Shown here: in pieces, positions 56,322 to 64,000 of the stretch
Position numbering within the stretch: position 1 is the stretch's first letter
How the letters are laid out: every line of letters begins with the position of its first letter
IMG/VR virus record: IMGVR_UViG_3300047557_002769
Location: 32,001-96,000 of that record
Length of the DNA stretch: 64,000 nucleotides
Strand: one strand, 5' to 3'
Source: a virus
The notes under the pieces: model-generated
The model's input: only the letters and a program-made list of their open reading frames with translations
Databases searched by the model: none
What the model was told of the DNA's origin: nothing
Translations under genes and position numbers: made by a program

Positions 56322-56327
56322 AATGTA

Positions 56328-56403
56328 TGGTAGGCCCGACGTGATTCGAACACGTGACTGGTGAATTATGAGTTCACTGTTATAACCGCTTAACTACAGG
56401 CCC
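56328..56403 (-). tRNA. tRNA with CAU anticodon, probably Ile2 (lysidine)
   Basis: 76-nt cloverleaf with encoded CCA; anticodon arm GTGAA-CTCATAA-TTCAC; C4-G69 and C5-G68; lacks initiator features. Confidence 0.85.
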
Positions 56404-56421
56404 TTAACTTGCAATGAAATC

Positions 56422-56682
56422 TTAAATCTTTTTTAGTGCGTCTTTACGCATTAAAAAGGAACGAGCGTTATCGAACTTATGTACCCGAACGTACTCTACA
56501 CCATCGATAAACTCAGATGCGTGATAATTTTCACACAGCCATTCCTCTTGATTAAGCGGATTAACTAGTTTTACAGTCTTAGGTTTTGACTTACCGAATG
56601 TACGATTCCAGTTGTTATCGAACTCGTTCCTCGAAACACCAAAAGGGCGAGGAGAAGAGCCTTTACCTGCTTCTCTGTTCAT
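56422..56682 (-). CDS. Hypothetical protein
   Basis: AGKGSSPRP start. Confidence 0.6.
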   Translation of the reverse strand: MNREAGKGSSPRPFGVSRNEFDNNWNRTFGKSKPKTVKLVNPLNQEEWLCENYHASEFIDGVEYVRVHKFDNARSFLMRKDALKKI

Positions 56683-56972
56683 GATAGTACAATCCCATTT
56701 CCAAAAATATTATTATACTGATTATAAAGTTCTTTAACAGGCTTTGCAGTCCAAATTACGCTTTTCTTAGGGATTGTAAGGATGTAATCCTCAACATATA
56801 CGGCGTAGGGAGCAAGAGCCAACATGGGCTGCTCAGGATTGGATCTAGACGGTACAAACTGAATATAAGCAGGGCGCTTAAGCTTGTAAGTATCCTCGTC
56901 CTCACTCTCAATTTGAGCTACTACTTCTTCCCCGGTAACAATTTTCAATACTAGAACCATTTTTAACGACAC
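56679..56972 (-). CDS. Sm-like fold hypothetical protein
   Basis: LKIVTGEEVVA..YNNIFGNGIV. Confidence 0.6.
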   Translation of the reverse strand: MSLKMVLVLKIVTGEEVVAQIESEDEDTYKLKRPAYIQFVPSRSNPEQPMLALAPYAVYVEDYILTIPKKSVIWTAKPVKELYNQYNNIFGNGIVLS

Positions 56973-57138
56973 TTTCTAAAAAATTATGTGCTTCATCTTC
57001 ATCATCAAAGACTCTCACTATCGTACACATTATATACTCATTGTGAAAAATAATCAATATCTGTTCGTCAAAGACACTAGCCTTTACGATCCAATTGTTA
57101 ATATTTACAGCAGAAAGAGTAGTGAGATAAGGTACCAT
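56908..57138 (-). CDS. Hypothetical protein
   Basis: ORF track. Confidence 0.45.
   Translation of the reverse strand: MVPYLTTLSAVNINNWIVKASVFDEQILIIFHNEYIMCTIVRVFDDEDEAHNFLESVVKNGSSIENCYRGRSSSSN
57029..57057 (-). promoter_or_regulatory. sigma70 promoter TTGATT-N17-TATAAT
   Basis: Consensus spacing. Confidence 0.6.
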
Positions 57139-57163
57139 ATGAATAGCCGTTTAAGGCTATTTA

Positions 57164-57259
57164 TTAGTACATGTTTTTCAGTTGTCTTTTACGTTTCGCT
57201 TCGTAGATCTCTTGAGCCCATTCTACAAAGAATTTATAGGCTGATTTTAGATATTTCAT
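57164..57259 (-). CDS. Small hypothetical protein (31 aa)
   Basis: AAGGA RBS; MKYLKSAYKFFVEWAQEIYEAKRKRQLKNMY. Confidence 0.5.
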   Translation of the reverse strand: MKYLKSAYKFFVEWAQEIYEAKRKRQLKNMY

Positions 57260-57277
57260 ACTATCCTTAAAATAAGT

Positions 57278-57298
57278 AAGGCCGGCGAACCGGCCTTT
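57278..57298. terminator. Hairpin/terminator after hsp20
   Basis: AAGGCCGG-CGAA-CCGGCCTT. Confidence 0.65.
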
Positions 57299-57301
57299 GT
57301 T

Positions 57302-57817
57302 TTACAGGTCTCGACCCTGTGGGTCTTCAGTAAGAAGTTCAGGTTTACCTTTTTTAGTTTTGGTTTCAGATGGATCTTTAACCTCTACTTTTTTAGGCTT
57401 CTTATGCTCAGGGATAATACGCTCAAGGAACACCTTCAGCATACCGTTCAATAGCTCAGCGTCTTTTACTTCAATGTAATCGTCTAGCGCGAAAGTACGC
57501 GTAAATGCTCGAGCAGCAATACCCTTGAACAGGAAGTTTTCCTCTGCTTCTTGGGAATGGACGTTACCCTTAACAATCATCTTACCATCTGCGAGCTCGA
57601 TTTCGATATCTTGCTTAGCAAAACCAGCAACAGCGATTTCGATAACGTATGTGTTATCGCCTGTTTTCTTAATATTGTAGGGAGGATAGTTGGGAATATT
57701 CTTGGTAAGATCATCATGGATCTTAGCAAGTTTGTTGAACTGATCGTCAAAGCCGACATAAAGTTTGTCAAAGTCCTTGAACACATCACGACCAAATACG
57801 TCTTTAATAAACGTCAT
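57302..57817 (-). CDS. Small heat shock protein Hsp20 (IbpA-like)
   Basis: NYPPYNI..IAVAGF..GIAARAFTRTF..NGML. Confidence 0.94.
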   Translation of the reverse strand: MTFIKDVFGRDVFKDFDKLYVGFDDQFNKLAKIHDDLTKNIPNYPPYNIKKTGDNTYVIEIAVAGFAKQDIEIELADGKMIVKGNVHSQEAEENFLFKGIAARAFTRTFALDDYIEVKDAELLNGMLKVFLERIIPEHKKPKKVEVKDPSETKTKKGKPELLTEDPQGRDL

Positions 57818-57839
57818 AAGTTTCTCCTTATTAAGCGAG

Positions 57840-57958
57840 TTAAAAAAAGTTACCCTAAAAGGCGCAACGGAGCCGCTTACGATTACGGCGTCAGTCTAAC
57901 GTCCTGACCGAACTAGCTTCGGACTAGCAGTACGTCCCATCCCGCGGGAGTATTACAT
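57840..57958 (-). ncRNA. Structured RNA upstream of hsp20 (candidate ncRNA or leader)
   Basis: GC-rich run of about five hairpins between TATAAATA (57962-57969) and a T7 tract. Confidence 0.5.
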
Positions 57959-57961
57959 AAT

Positions 57962-57969
57962 TATTTATA
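57962..57969 (-). promoter_or_regulatory. T4-type late promoter TATAAATA
   Basis: Exact consensus directly after the regA stop. Confidence 0.7.
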
Positions 57970-58395
57970 TTATTTCTCAACTTTTTTCTTACCAATATTG
58001 TACTTAGCTTGTAAATCCCACTCGTTTTTTTCTCTATACGAAATAATCTTTATTTGTGAAAGCGGTGCCCGGTCTTCCGCAGCATCCTTGTTCACAATTT
58101 TAATTAATCCCCAATCAGAAAGTAAGGCAGCAATAGTATTTCTTCTTTGTAGATCATTATCTGTAATATCAGCTTGCTTACCGTCTAAGGCGAATAGTTC
58201 TTTAAAATGGACGATAAAATACTTACCTTGTTTATGGAGGATATGGCAAGACTGATATAAGATCTTTTCTTTCTTAGACGCTACACCAATACGCGTAAGC
58301 GTTTCTTTGACTTTAAGGAAATCATCCGGTTGCGATAGTACAACTTCTAGAGGTAAATAACCGGGAAAATCAATATTGAAAAACTCATGTGACAT
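57970..58395 (-). CDS. regA: Translational repressor RegA
   Basis: DDFLKVKETLTRIGVAS..LYQSCHILHKQG..HFKELF. Confidence 0.96.
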   Translation of the reverse strand: MSHEFFNIDFPGYLPLEVVLSQPDDFLKVKETLTRIGVASKKEKILYQSCHILHKQGKYFIVHFKELFALDGKQADITDNDLQRRNTIAALLSDWGLIKIVNKDAAEDRAPLSQIKIISYREKNEWDLQAKYNIGKKKVEK

Positions 58396-58838
58396 TATTC
58401 TCCACCTTTATCTAACTTTCTTTTTATTGTTTGTAATTGTTCGTCGGTGAGGATGGAGATCGCCTGTCTAGCTTTTTCAGTATTATAGCCATAGTACAGT
58501 TTTACCAACTCCATCGCTTCAATTTTTTCAGCCTTAATCCACTTATTAAATCGCTTTTTCGGCCGAATAATATTTATAAGAAATTGGTACTGTAACTTTT
58601 TATCGAGATGTGCTCTAGAGTTCATCTCATTTGCTGCAATAACTGTATCTGCTCCATAAGAGAGCCCTTTGTTAACGATATAAGGAGCATACTGCTTTTC
58701 GGACCAATCATCAACAATTAAATCTTCTTTTGTGTGATTAATCGAGTTAATAAAATCAAACGGGCTAATAGACGGTGCTTTATACACCTCATCCAGCTTC
58801 ACATCAACCGGTTGCCCGAAAACATCATTTATATTCAT
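58395..58838 (-). CDS. gp62: Clamp loader small subunit gp62
   Basis: ANEMN..RPKKRFNKW..YYGYN. Confidence 0.9.
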   Translation of the reverse strand: MNINDVFGQPVDVKLDEVYKAPSISPFDFINSINHTKEDLIVDDWSEKQYAPYIVNKGLSYGADTVIAANEMNSRAHLDKKLQYQFLINIIRPKKRFNKWIKAEKIEAMELVKLYYGYNTEKARQAISILTDEQLQTIKRKLDKGGE

Positions 58839-59122
58839 ACAATCATTCTCAATAGACCAAACGTATCAATAGTTACCAGAAGTAGATAATTGGCCAACAT
58901 ACCAAAGCTACGACGACTGTAAGCAGCCCAAGCATAAAGGCTGCAGCCAATAATCCAAGCTGGATAAAGAATAAGAAGAGGAGGATCAGGTACGGTAAAA
59001 GCCATGGCGAGAGAGCAACCAATACTAATAGCCCAAGCAACCACTTCGATAGTGAACCTAACACGATGGCTTTCCCAGTCTTCCTTAATCCATTTGAATA
59101 TGTCACAAAAAATATCTATCAC
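58835..59122 (-). CDS. Hypothetical membrane protein
   Basis: Three hydrophobic segments. Confidence 0.65.
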   Translation of the reverse strand: MIDIFCDIFKWIKEDWESHRVRFTIEVVAWAISIGCSLAMAFTVPDPPLLILYPAWIIGCSLYAWAAYSRRSFGMLANYLLLVTIDTFGLLRMIV

Positions 59123-59307
59123 AATACCCAGTCTTCCGCGTAATCTTCTGCTTGCCCCAGATTATTAAAAGGCATAGTTTTTTCTGATCCAAAATAGCTA
59201 TCCATAACTACTACTTCGTATAGCGATAGACTTTCGTCGTCGTTTTTATATACTAGAGCAGTTCTCATTTCGTTGTCGGAATAATATGTGCTAATTAGAG
59301 TCTTCAT
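59119..59307 (-). CDS. Hypothetical protein
   Basis: AEDYAEDWVL end. Confidence 0.6.
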   Translation of the reverse strand: MKTLISTYYSDNEMRTALVYKNDDESLSLYEVVVMDSYFGSEKTMPFNNLGQAEDYAEDWVL

Positions 59308-60257
59308 TTTATCTCCACCGATGCCATAATTTCAGTCAGGCATGCAACTAGGTTTATTTCTTGATCAGACACGAATGCAGACTTATACTGATAATCAGCA
59401 ATCGTTAAGACCAACTGAGGTACCTGATTAGTAATAGGTACGAATGTATCATAGATTTTCCGGAACAGTGTAGCAGGGTCATTATCTAGGTTATTAACAA
59501 CCCAAGCACGCATCTTCTTCCAGTCTTTTTCCTTTACCGCTGTTACCAGCTCATTCATATTCGCTTCACCGATATTGGTAAGGATACCTTCATCGATTGA
59601 GCCAGACTGAGCGTACCGCTGCAGTTCGTTCAGAGTGCGTCGAAAATCTGGAAAATGCTTTTCAACTACCTTTGCAAGTACCTTACTATCAAAGGTAAGG
59701 TCTTCTTTTGCAAGAATATCGACAACACGTTTATAGAACTGTGCAGCCAGTTTCGGCTTTTCAGCTTTAGGAATTTTAAAATCAATAACAGCACATCTCG
59801 AATGCAGAGGCTGAATAATTCGATTCTTAAAGTTGCAAGTAAAAATAAAGCGGCAGTTATTTGCAAACTCTTCAATGAATCCACGAAGAGCTGGCTGTGT
59901 AGAATTAGGGTTCAGATAGTCAGCCTCGTCAAGAATAACAACCTTAGTGTTACCTGTAAACGAGACTGTAGATGCAAAAGATTTAATCTTAGTGCGAAGA
60001 ACGTCAATACCAGACTCTTCAGAGCCGTTAATAACGATATAGTCTGAATTTAATTCTTCACACAAAGCACGGGCAACGGTGGTCTTACCCGTTCCTGCAC
60101 TCCCTGAGAAGAGCATATTTTGAATATCGCCTGATTTAATAACACCAGCGAAATACTCTTTAAGATCCTTTGGTAGGATACAATCATCAATCTTTCTCGG
60201 ACGATATTTCTCCGTCCAAATAAAATGCATAGCGGTATCATCAATCATTAATTTCAC
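59304..60257 (-). CDS. gp44: Clamp loader large subunit gp44
   Basis: WTEKYRP, GSAGTGKT, DEAD, SRC. Confidence 0.95.
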   Translation of the reverse strand: MKLMIDDTAMHFIWTEKYRPRKIDDCILPKDLKEYFAGVIKSGDIQNMLFSGSAGTGKTTVARALCEELNSDYIVINGSEESGIDVLRTKIKSFASTVSFTGNTKVVILDEADYLNPNSTQPALRGFIEEFANNCRFIFTCNFKNRIIQPLHSRCAVIDFKIPKAEKPKLAAQFYKRVVDILAKEDLTFDSKVLAKVVEKHFPDFRRTLNELQRYAQSGSIDEGILTNIGEANMNELVTAVKEKDWKKMRAWVVNNLDNDPATLFRKIYDTFVPITNQVPQLVLTIADYQYKSAFVSDQEINLVACLTEIMASVEIK

Positions 60258-60786
60258 TCCAAGTAATACCTTTTTTCTTTAAAGAAAAATAGGATTTAAC
60301 ATTATAAAAATTAAACATCTCAGCAAAGCCTCTAAAGACGTTACCATTTGAACATCTAAGAGTTTTTTTCTTAGCTTCGCTGATTTTAGGGGTTTTACCA
60401 TATTTTTTACCCCAGTTTGGACTCAGCAACCCTCTCTTTCCATAATTAGGATTGCCTTCCCCGATGTAGCTTCTTCGTGCCTTCATACCTTTTTTATAGT
60501 TAGGGCTGTCAGCTGTTCTACCCCCGTCGCCACCGCTTGTCATATTATACTTAGGCTTAAGCTCTTCAATCCAGTACTTTTCCCGTTCTTCGTTGAGAGT
60601 GTTATCGCAATCGTCTATAGTCTCAATAGTAAAATTTTCTATTCCGTATTTACGCATGGATCTGTAAAGATATGTCTCTACCCCAACCCTCGCGTTGCGT
60701 TTATGAAAGTACCACCGTTTTGTAACATTCGACGAGTAGCCAATATAGAAGTCTTGTGTTATTAAATTAACTATTTTATAAATCAT
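60241..60786 (-). mobile_element. Free-standing GIY-YIG homing endonuclease (Seg-like, NUMOD3-type repeats)
   Basis: MIYKIVNLITQDFYIG..MRKYGIENF..YNMTSGG..GEGNPNYGK; inserted between gp45 and gp44. Confidence 0.85.
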
Positions 60787-60790
60787 TTTC

Positions 60791-60831
60791 TGCTCCGGGC
60801 TATATACTTCAATATATAGGCAACCGGAACA
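60791..60831 (-). promoter_or_regulatory. RBS-sequestering hairpin of the homing endonuclease gene
   Basis: TGTTCCGG..CTATATA/TATATAG..CCGGAGCA pairs over GGAG. Confidence 0.6.
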
Positions 60832-60842
60832 TTTAACGTCAA

Positions 60843-61514
60843 TTAAACTACAGAACCGGGCTCGCAAGCAATCCAATATTGTAGTTGTTTCGACTCATGC
60901 TTAAAGTGTAGGAACTTAGCTTTGCCGTTTGGTGTCTTAGCTACTGTTACCTCATATGCGTCAGGAATTACCTTAAGGTTCTCAACAGCAATATAAACAT
61001 CAAAGTCATCAAACGCCGTACCTAGTGGCTTTCTAAAGTTACTTGCTGTATCGTTCTTACGATCACAAACAGACAAAGTCACGTTTTGATTTTTATTAGT
61101 AACTGAGATAGTCGGCACACCGGTAATTGCAGCTGCTTTCATAATCATCTGAACGTCTTCTGCCATAAGCTTAAACTTATAGACTCCTACGTGTTCAATC
61201 TCACCAGACGGTGCACCTGTAACAATCTCTGGATTAGAGTAAAAGTATTCAAACTTACCCTTATCGCTAGATACCGTCAGGCTCTTATCACCAAAAGTAA
61301 TATCTTGATTCTCCATCAAAGTAAGCATCGCAAGCAACGAGTTAAGATCATACACTGCGAACTCGTTAGGAATACTTTCTTTGATAGTAGCCTTTGCAAA
61401 GATATTCTTTGCATTAGAGATAGTACTAACTGTATCACCGGGCTTGAAGATAATGTTCGTATTAATCGAAGCAAAGTTCTTCAAGATAGCTAAAGTTTCA
61501 TTACTGAACTTCAT
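60843..61514 (-). CDS. gp45: Sliding clamp gp45
   Basis: MKFSNETLAILKNFASIN..FAVYDLN..YWIACE. Confidence 0.93.
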   Translation of the reverse strand: MKFSNETLAILKNFASINTNIIFKPGDTVSTISNAKNIFAKATIKESIPNEFAVYDLNSLLAMLTLMENQDITFGDKSLTVSSDKGKFEYFYSNPEIVTGAPSGEIEHVGVYKFKLMAEDVQMIMKAAAITGVPTISVTNKNQNVTLSVCDRKNDTASNFRKPLGTAFDDFDVYIAVENLKVIPDAYEVTVAKTPNGKAKFLHFKHESKQLQYWIACEPGSVV

Positions 61515-62244
61515 AATTTTCCTCATAATGTGAAATATCAAAATCTCCTAGATACGCAAGTCTACAGTTTCTATTTCTGTAGAAGTGCTTATTGAAGGAG
61601 TACTCAATAGGTTTATTATCCCAGTTCTTCAGATCGTCACCCCATAACACAACGGTCTCTTTCTTAAGTAAATCAGCAATAACAGAAATACCTGTAAAAG
61701 TAGAGAAGATAGGTTTAGACGATGCTTTAATAAGAGCAGCATTATCTACCATTGATTGATTATAGTCTAAAAACATGCATCTGTCAAGCGGGAACTTACC
61801 TGAATTTTGCAGGACGTTAAACTGTCTGCGTTGATCCATTTCTGGGTGACTCATGCGATCACCGACTATAAATTTATTAATTGGTTCAATAACTGGGGTA
61901 TTTAATTCAAAAGAATCATCGACCATAAAGTCGATGTTATATCTTCGTCTAAAGTCTTCTTCAAGTCTTACTGTTTCCCAGGGTCTTATTGTATGCTTAT
62001 CAAACGACTCAACTAAAGAAAGAATATTGTAGGTTGAATCGATGGTGACGTCTGATTCGTATTTTACCGAACAAACACATTCCTGCATCAACAACAGCTC
62101 TCTAAAGCCGTTAAAGATTTTCATCTTGTCTCTTACTACAAGACTAATAGCATGCCCGGTAGATTTAAAAATGCCCGATAAGACGGGCATTACATTTAAA
62201 GTATCACCTACATTACCCGACATGGGCATGAATATTCTAATCAT
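61501..62244 (-). CDS. GT-B (GT9/heptosyltransferase-like) protein, tentative
   Basis: GNVGDTLNVMPVL and FTGISVIA resemble GT9 motifs. Confidence 0.45.
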   Translation of the reverse strand: MIRIFMPMSGNVGDTLNVMPVLSGIFKSTGHAISLVVRDKMKIFNGFRELLLMQECVCSVKYESDVTIDSTYNILSLVESFDKHTIRPWETVRLEEDFRRRYNIDFMVDDSFELNTPVIEPINKFIVGDRMSHPEMDQRRQFNVLQNSGKFPLDRCMFLDYNQSMVDNAALIKASSKPIFSTFTGISVIADLLKKETVVLWGDDLKNWDNKPIEYSFNKHFYRNRNCRLAYLGDFDISHYEENYEVQ

Positions 62245-63034
62245 GGTTAAAGTTTTTAAAAATTACAAACCAATCAGAAGGATCAACGTTGTTAAGTTTG
62301 AACAGCTCAGGTAATGATCTATATGCCATCAGTAATAGAGTTTGATCGTCATCAATTAGACCGACGTTGAATAATGTTGAAAGATTTTGAGATACTAATC
62401 CCTTTAAAGTAGACCATTGGTTTCTAGGAGCAACAATATGGCACCCCTGAATATAGACTTCACCTGTTCGGATAATTTCAAAAATAGGCTTACTATGTGT
62501 AAATGGATTAATGCAGAAAATATTGATCTTACCGTCGGTGCTGAACTTCCACTCTAATCCAGGTGGGCAAAATGTATCATCTCTTACATAGCCAAAATCA
62601 ATCCACGCCCAGTTAGCCGTGTCACTAAGCTTCTGCTCAATAGCATAAGTTACAAAGAAGCTTTTCATTAAGTTAATTGCCACATATTCTGGAGACCAGT
62701 ACTCTGGGGCCGAAGGGTTTGTGACAAATTTAATGAAGTTGGGATCCTGCTGTACTTGGTTAATCTTATTAAGCAGGTGTGCGTGATCTTCAAATACGGT
62801 ATCAATAGCAACTAGAGAAATATCTTGTCTAATGTTTTTAAGTCGTTCAAAATCTTCGGACTTTGCAAACACCACCATAGGATTTTTAACTTTGGCTAGT
62901 CTTTCAAACCTCTCAAAGTACGTACTTTTATCTCTTTTAATGTAGGAAGGGATAAGCTGATTGTTTTTTAAGCCTTCCCATTTATCACGGCCAATATCCA
63001 CAAAAGCGGTTACAATTGTTACTAATTCACTCAT
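62237..63034 (-). CDS. HtrL/YibB (WlaTC) family glycosyltransferase-like protein
   Basis: TIVTAFVDIGR..AWIDFG..DDDQTLL. Confidence 0.8.
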   Translation of the reverse strand: MSELVTIVTAFVDIGRDKWEGLKNNQLIPSYIKRDKSTYFERFERLAKVKNPMVVFAKSEDFERLKNIRQDISLVAIDTVFEDHAHLLNKINQVQQDPNFIKFVTNPSAPEYWSPEYVAINLMKSFFVTYAIEQKLSDTANWAWIDFGYVRDDTFCPPGLEWKFSTDGKINIFCINPFTHSKPIFEIIRTGEVYIQGCHIVAPRNQWSTLKGLVSQNLSTLFNVGLIDDDQTLLLMAYRSLPELFKLNNVDPSDWFVIFKNFNHD

Positions 63035-63528
63035 ACGGTTCCCATTATCATAAATGAGTTATTAAGATCAACACCTGATACAAAAATCCTACTCATATTT
63101 AATGACGTGAATGCGTCTTTCATAATTTGCGGAGTGAAGATGTGATTATGTTTGGAATTATTCCATGGTCTCCAGTAACGCTGGCTATAGTCTGGCAGGT
63201 AGAGGAATAGAACTCCCCCGTTTCTAATTCTACCCTTCCAGCCTTTGAGCGTATTGTACCAATTACCCGGTACGTGCTCGAGACAATGACTACTAAAAAT
63301 GTAATCAACATAATTCGGTTCAGGCGGTAGTTTATCAGCATCATATTCATTAATAGCAGGATCAACAGGAATTGAACCAGGGTAGCTCCACTCTAGCCTA
63401 CCACATCCAATATCAAAGCCGGTTCCAGCACAAACATGCTTGGCAAATGGAATTGCGAATTGTGCTGCGTTACCTAGAGTTTGGAAATGAGGATAGTACT
63501 CGCCTTCCCATTGTACTGTCTTAATCAT
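63031..63528 (-). CDS. SAM-dependent methyltransferase
   Basis: DIGCG, DYIFSSHCLEH, GGVLFLYLP. Confidence 0.85.
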   Translation of the reverse strand: MIKTVQWEGEYYPHFQTLGNAAQFAIPFAKHVCAGTGFDIGCGRLEWSYPGSIPVDPAINEYDADKLPPEPNYVDYIFSSHCLEHVPGNWYNTLKGWKGRIRNGGVLFLYLPDYSQRYWRPWNNSKHNHIFTPQIMKDAFTSLNMSRIFVSGVDLNNSFMIMGTV

Positions 63529-64000
63529 AAAAAACCTGTTTAAATTTATTCATTACGATATTAGGAGTAAAGCTTTGAGTTATTTCTGACCAGCCTTCTT
63601 TCTGCTTAAGTTCTGGAACAATACTTAGCAGGTAACTAAGCTCCTCTACGTTTGTATACAATGTATTGCATTCTCTGAGCATTTCCACATGATTTAAATC
63701 ATGACCGCCTGCCCATGCAAGAACAGGTTTGTTAAGATGTAAAAACTCAGCTATAGACAACCCAAAGCTCTCACCTCTTACTCTGGCATGTAACATTGCG
63801 TCACAGGTATTAATAAAGTTGGCTTTCTTTTGCGGGCTATGTATTTCGTTGATAAATTTAACGTTAGGATGATCAATAAAAGGTTCGGTACCTACAAATA
63901 GAAAAATATATTTGTCGGTTGTTGTAACGAATTTTGAAATGTAATCCTTGACTGGTTGCAGGTCAAAAGTAAAGTAACCGCCAATACGACCAATAACAAT
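63521..64000 (-). CDS. GT4-like glycosyltransferase (5' end outside window)
   Basis: Frame open to window edge; GRIGG..CDAMLHARVRGESFGLSIAE. Confidence 0.75.
   Translation of the reverse strand: MVIGRIGGYFTFDLQPVKDYISKFVTTTDKYIFLFVGTEPFIDHPNVKFINEIHSPQKKANFINTCDAMLHARVRGESFGLSIAEFLHLNKPVLAWAGGHDLNHVEMLRECNTLYTNVEELSYLLSIVPELKQKEGWSEITQSFTPNIVMNKFKQVFYD

Noticed and set aside
60787-60876. Upstream extension of the GIY-YIG ORF
   Set aside because: Overlaps gp45 and the regulatory hairpin; the GIY-YIG motif begins at Met 60786
1-64000. Stop-codon reassignment
   Set aside because: Core genes are intact under the standard code and TAA, TAG and TGA all act as stops

Overview
64 kb segment of a large T4-like myovirus genome, AT-rich, with most genes on the minus strand. 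The tmRNA tag ANDEQFLMAA suggests a betaproteobacterial host (inference). In order, it contains: a baseplate/tail module (gp6 partial, gp25, split gp5, hub, gp53, gp48, gp4, gp2, gp54, gp26/gp51, tape measure); gp32, gp59, gp33; a circularly permuted two-piece tmRNA; PhoH, DenV-like and RNase H genes; nucleotide metabolism (TagD-like, dCMP deaminase, NrdAB, thioredoxin, ThyX); spanins and primase; a block of probable head-packaged proteins with Dps; gp41, UvsX, gp43; a heptose/glycosylation gene block; a tRNA(CAU); Hsp20, RegA, gp62, gp44, gp45 with a GIY-YIG homing endonuclease; and more glycosyltransferases. The most notable signals missed by the ORF track are the permuted tmRNA, two candidate -1 ribosomal frameshifts, two candidate nested genes marked by abrupt composition shifts, an ATA-start gene, several structured RNA elements, and a 41-bp promoter duplicated in antisense orientation. 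All protein calls come from motif recognition and synteny by eye; no database searches were run.
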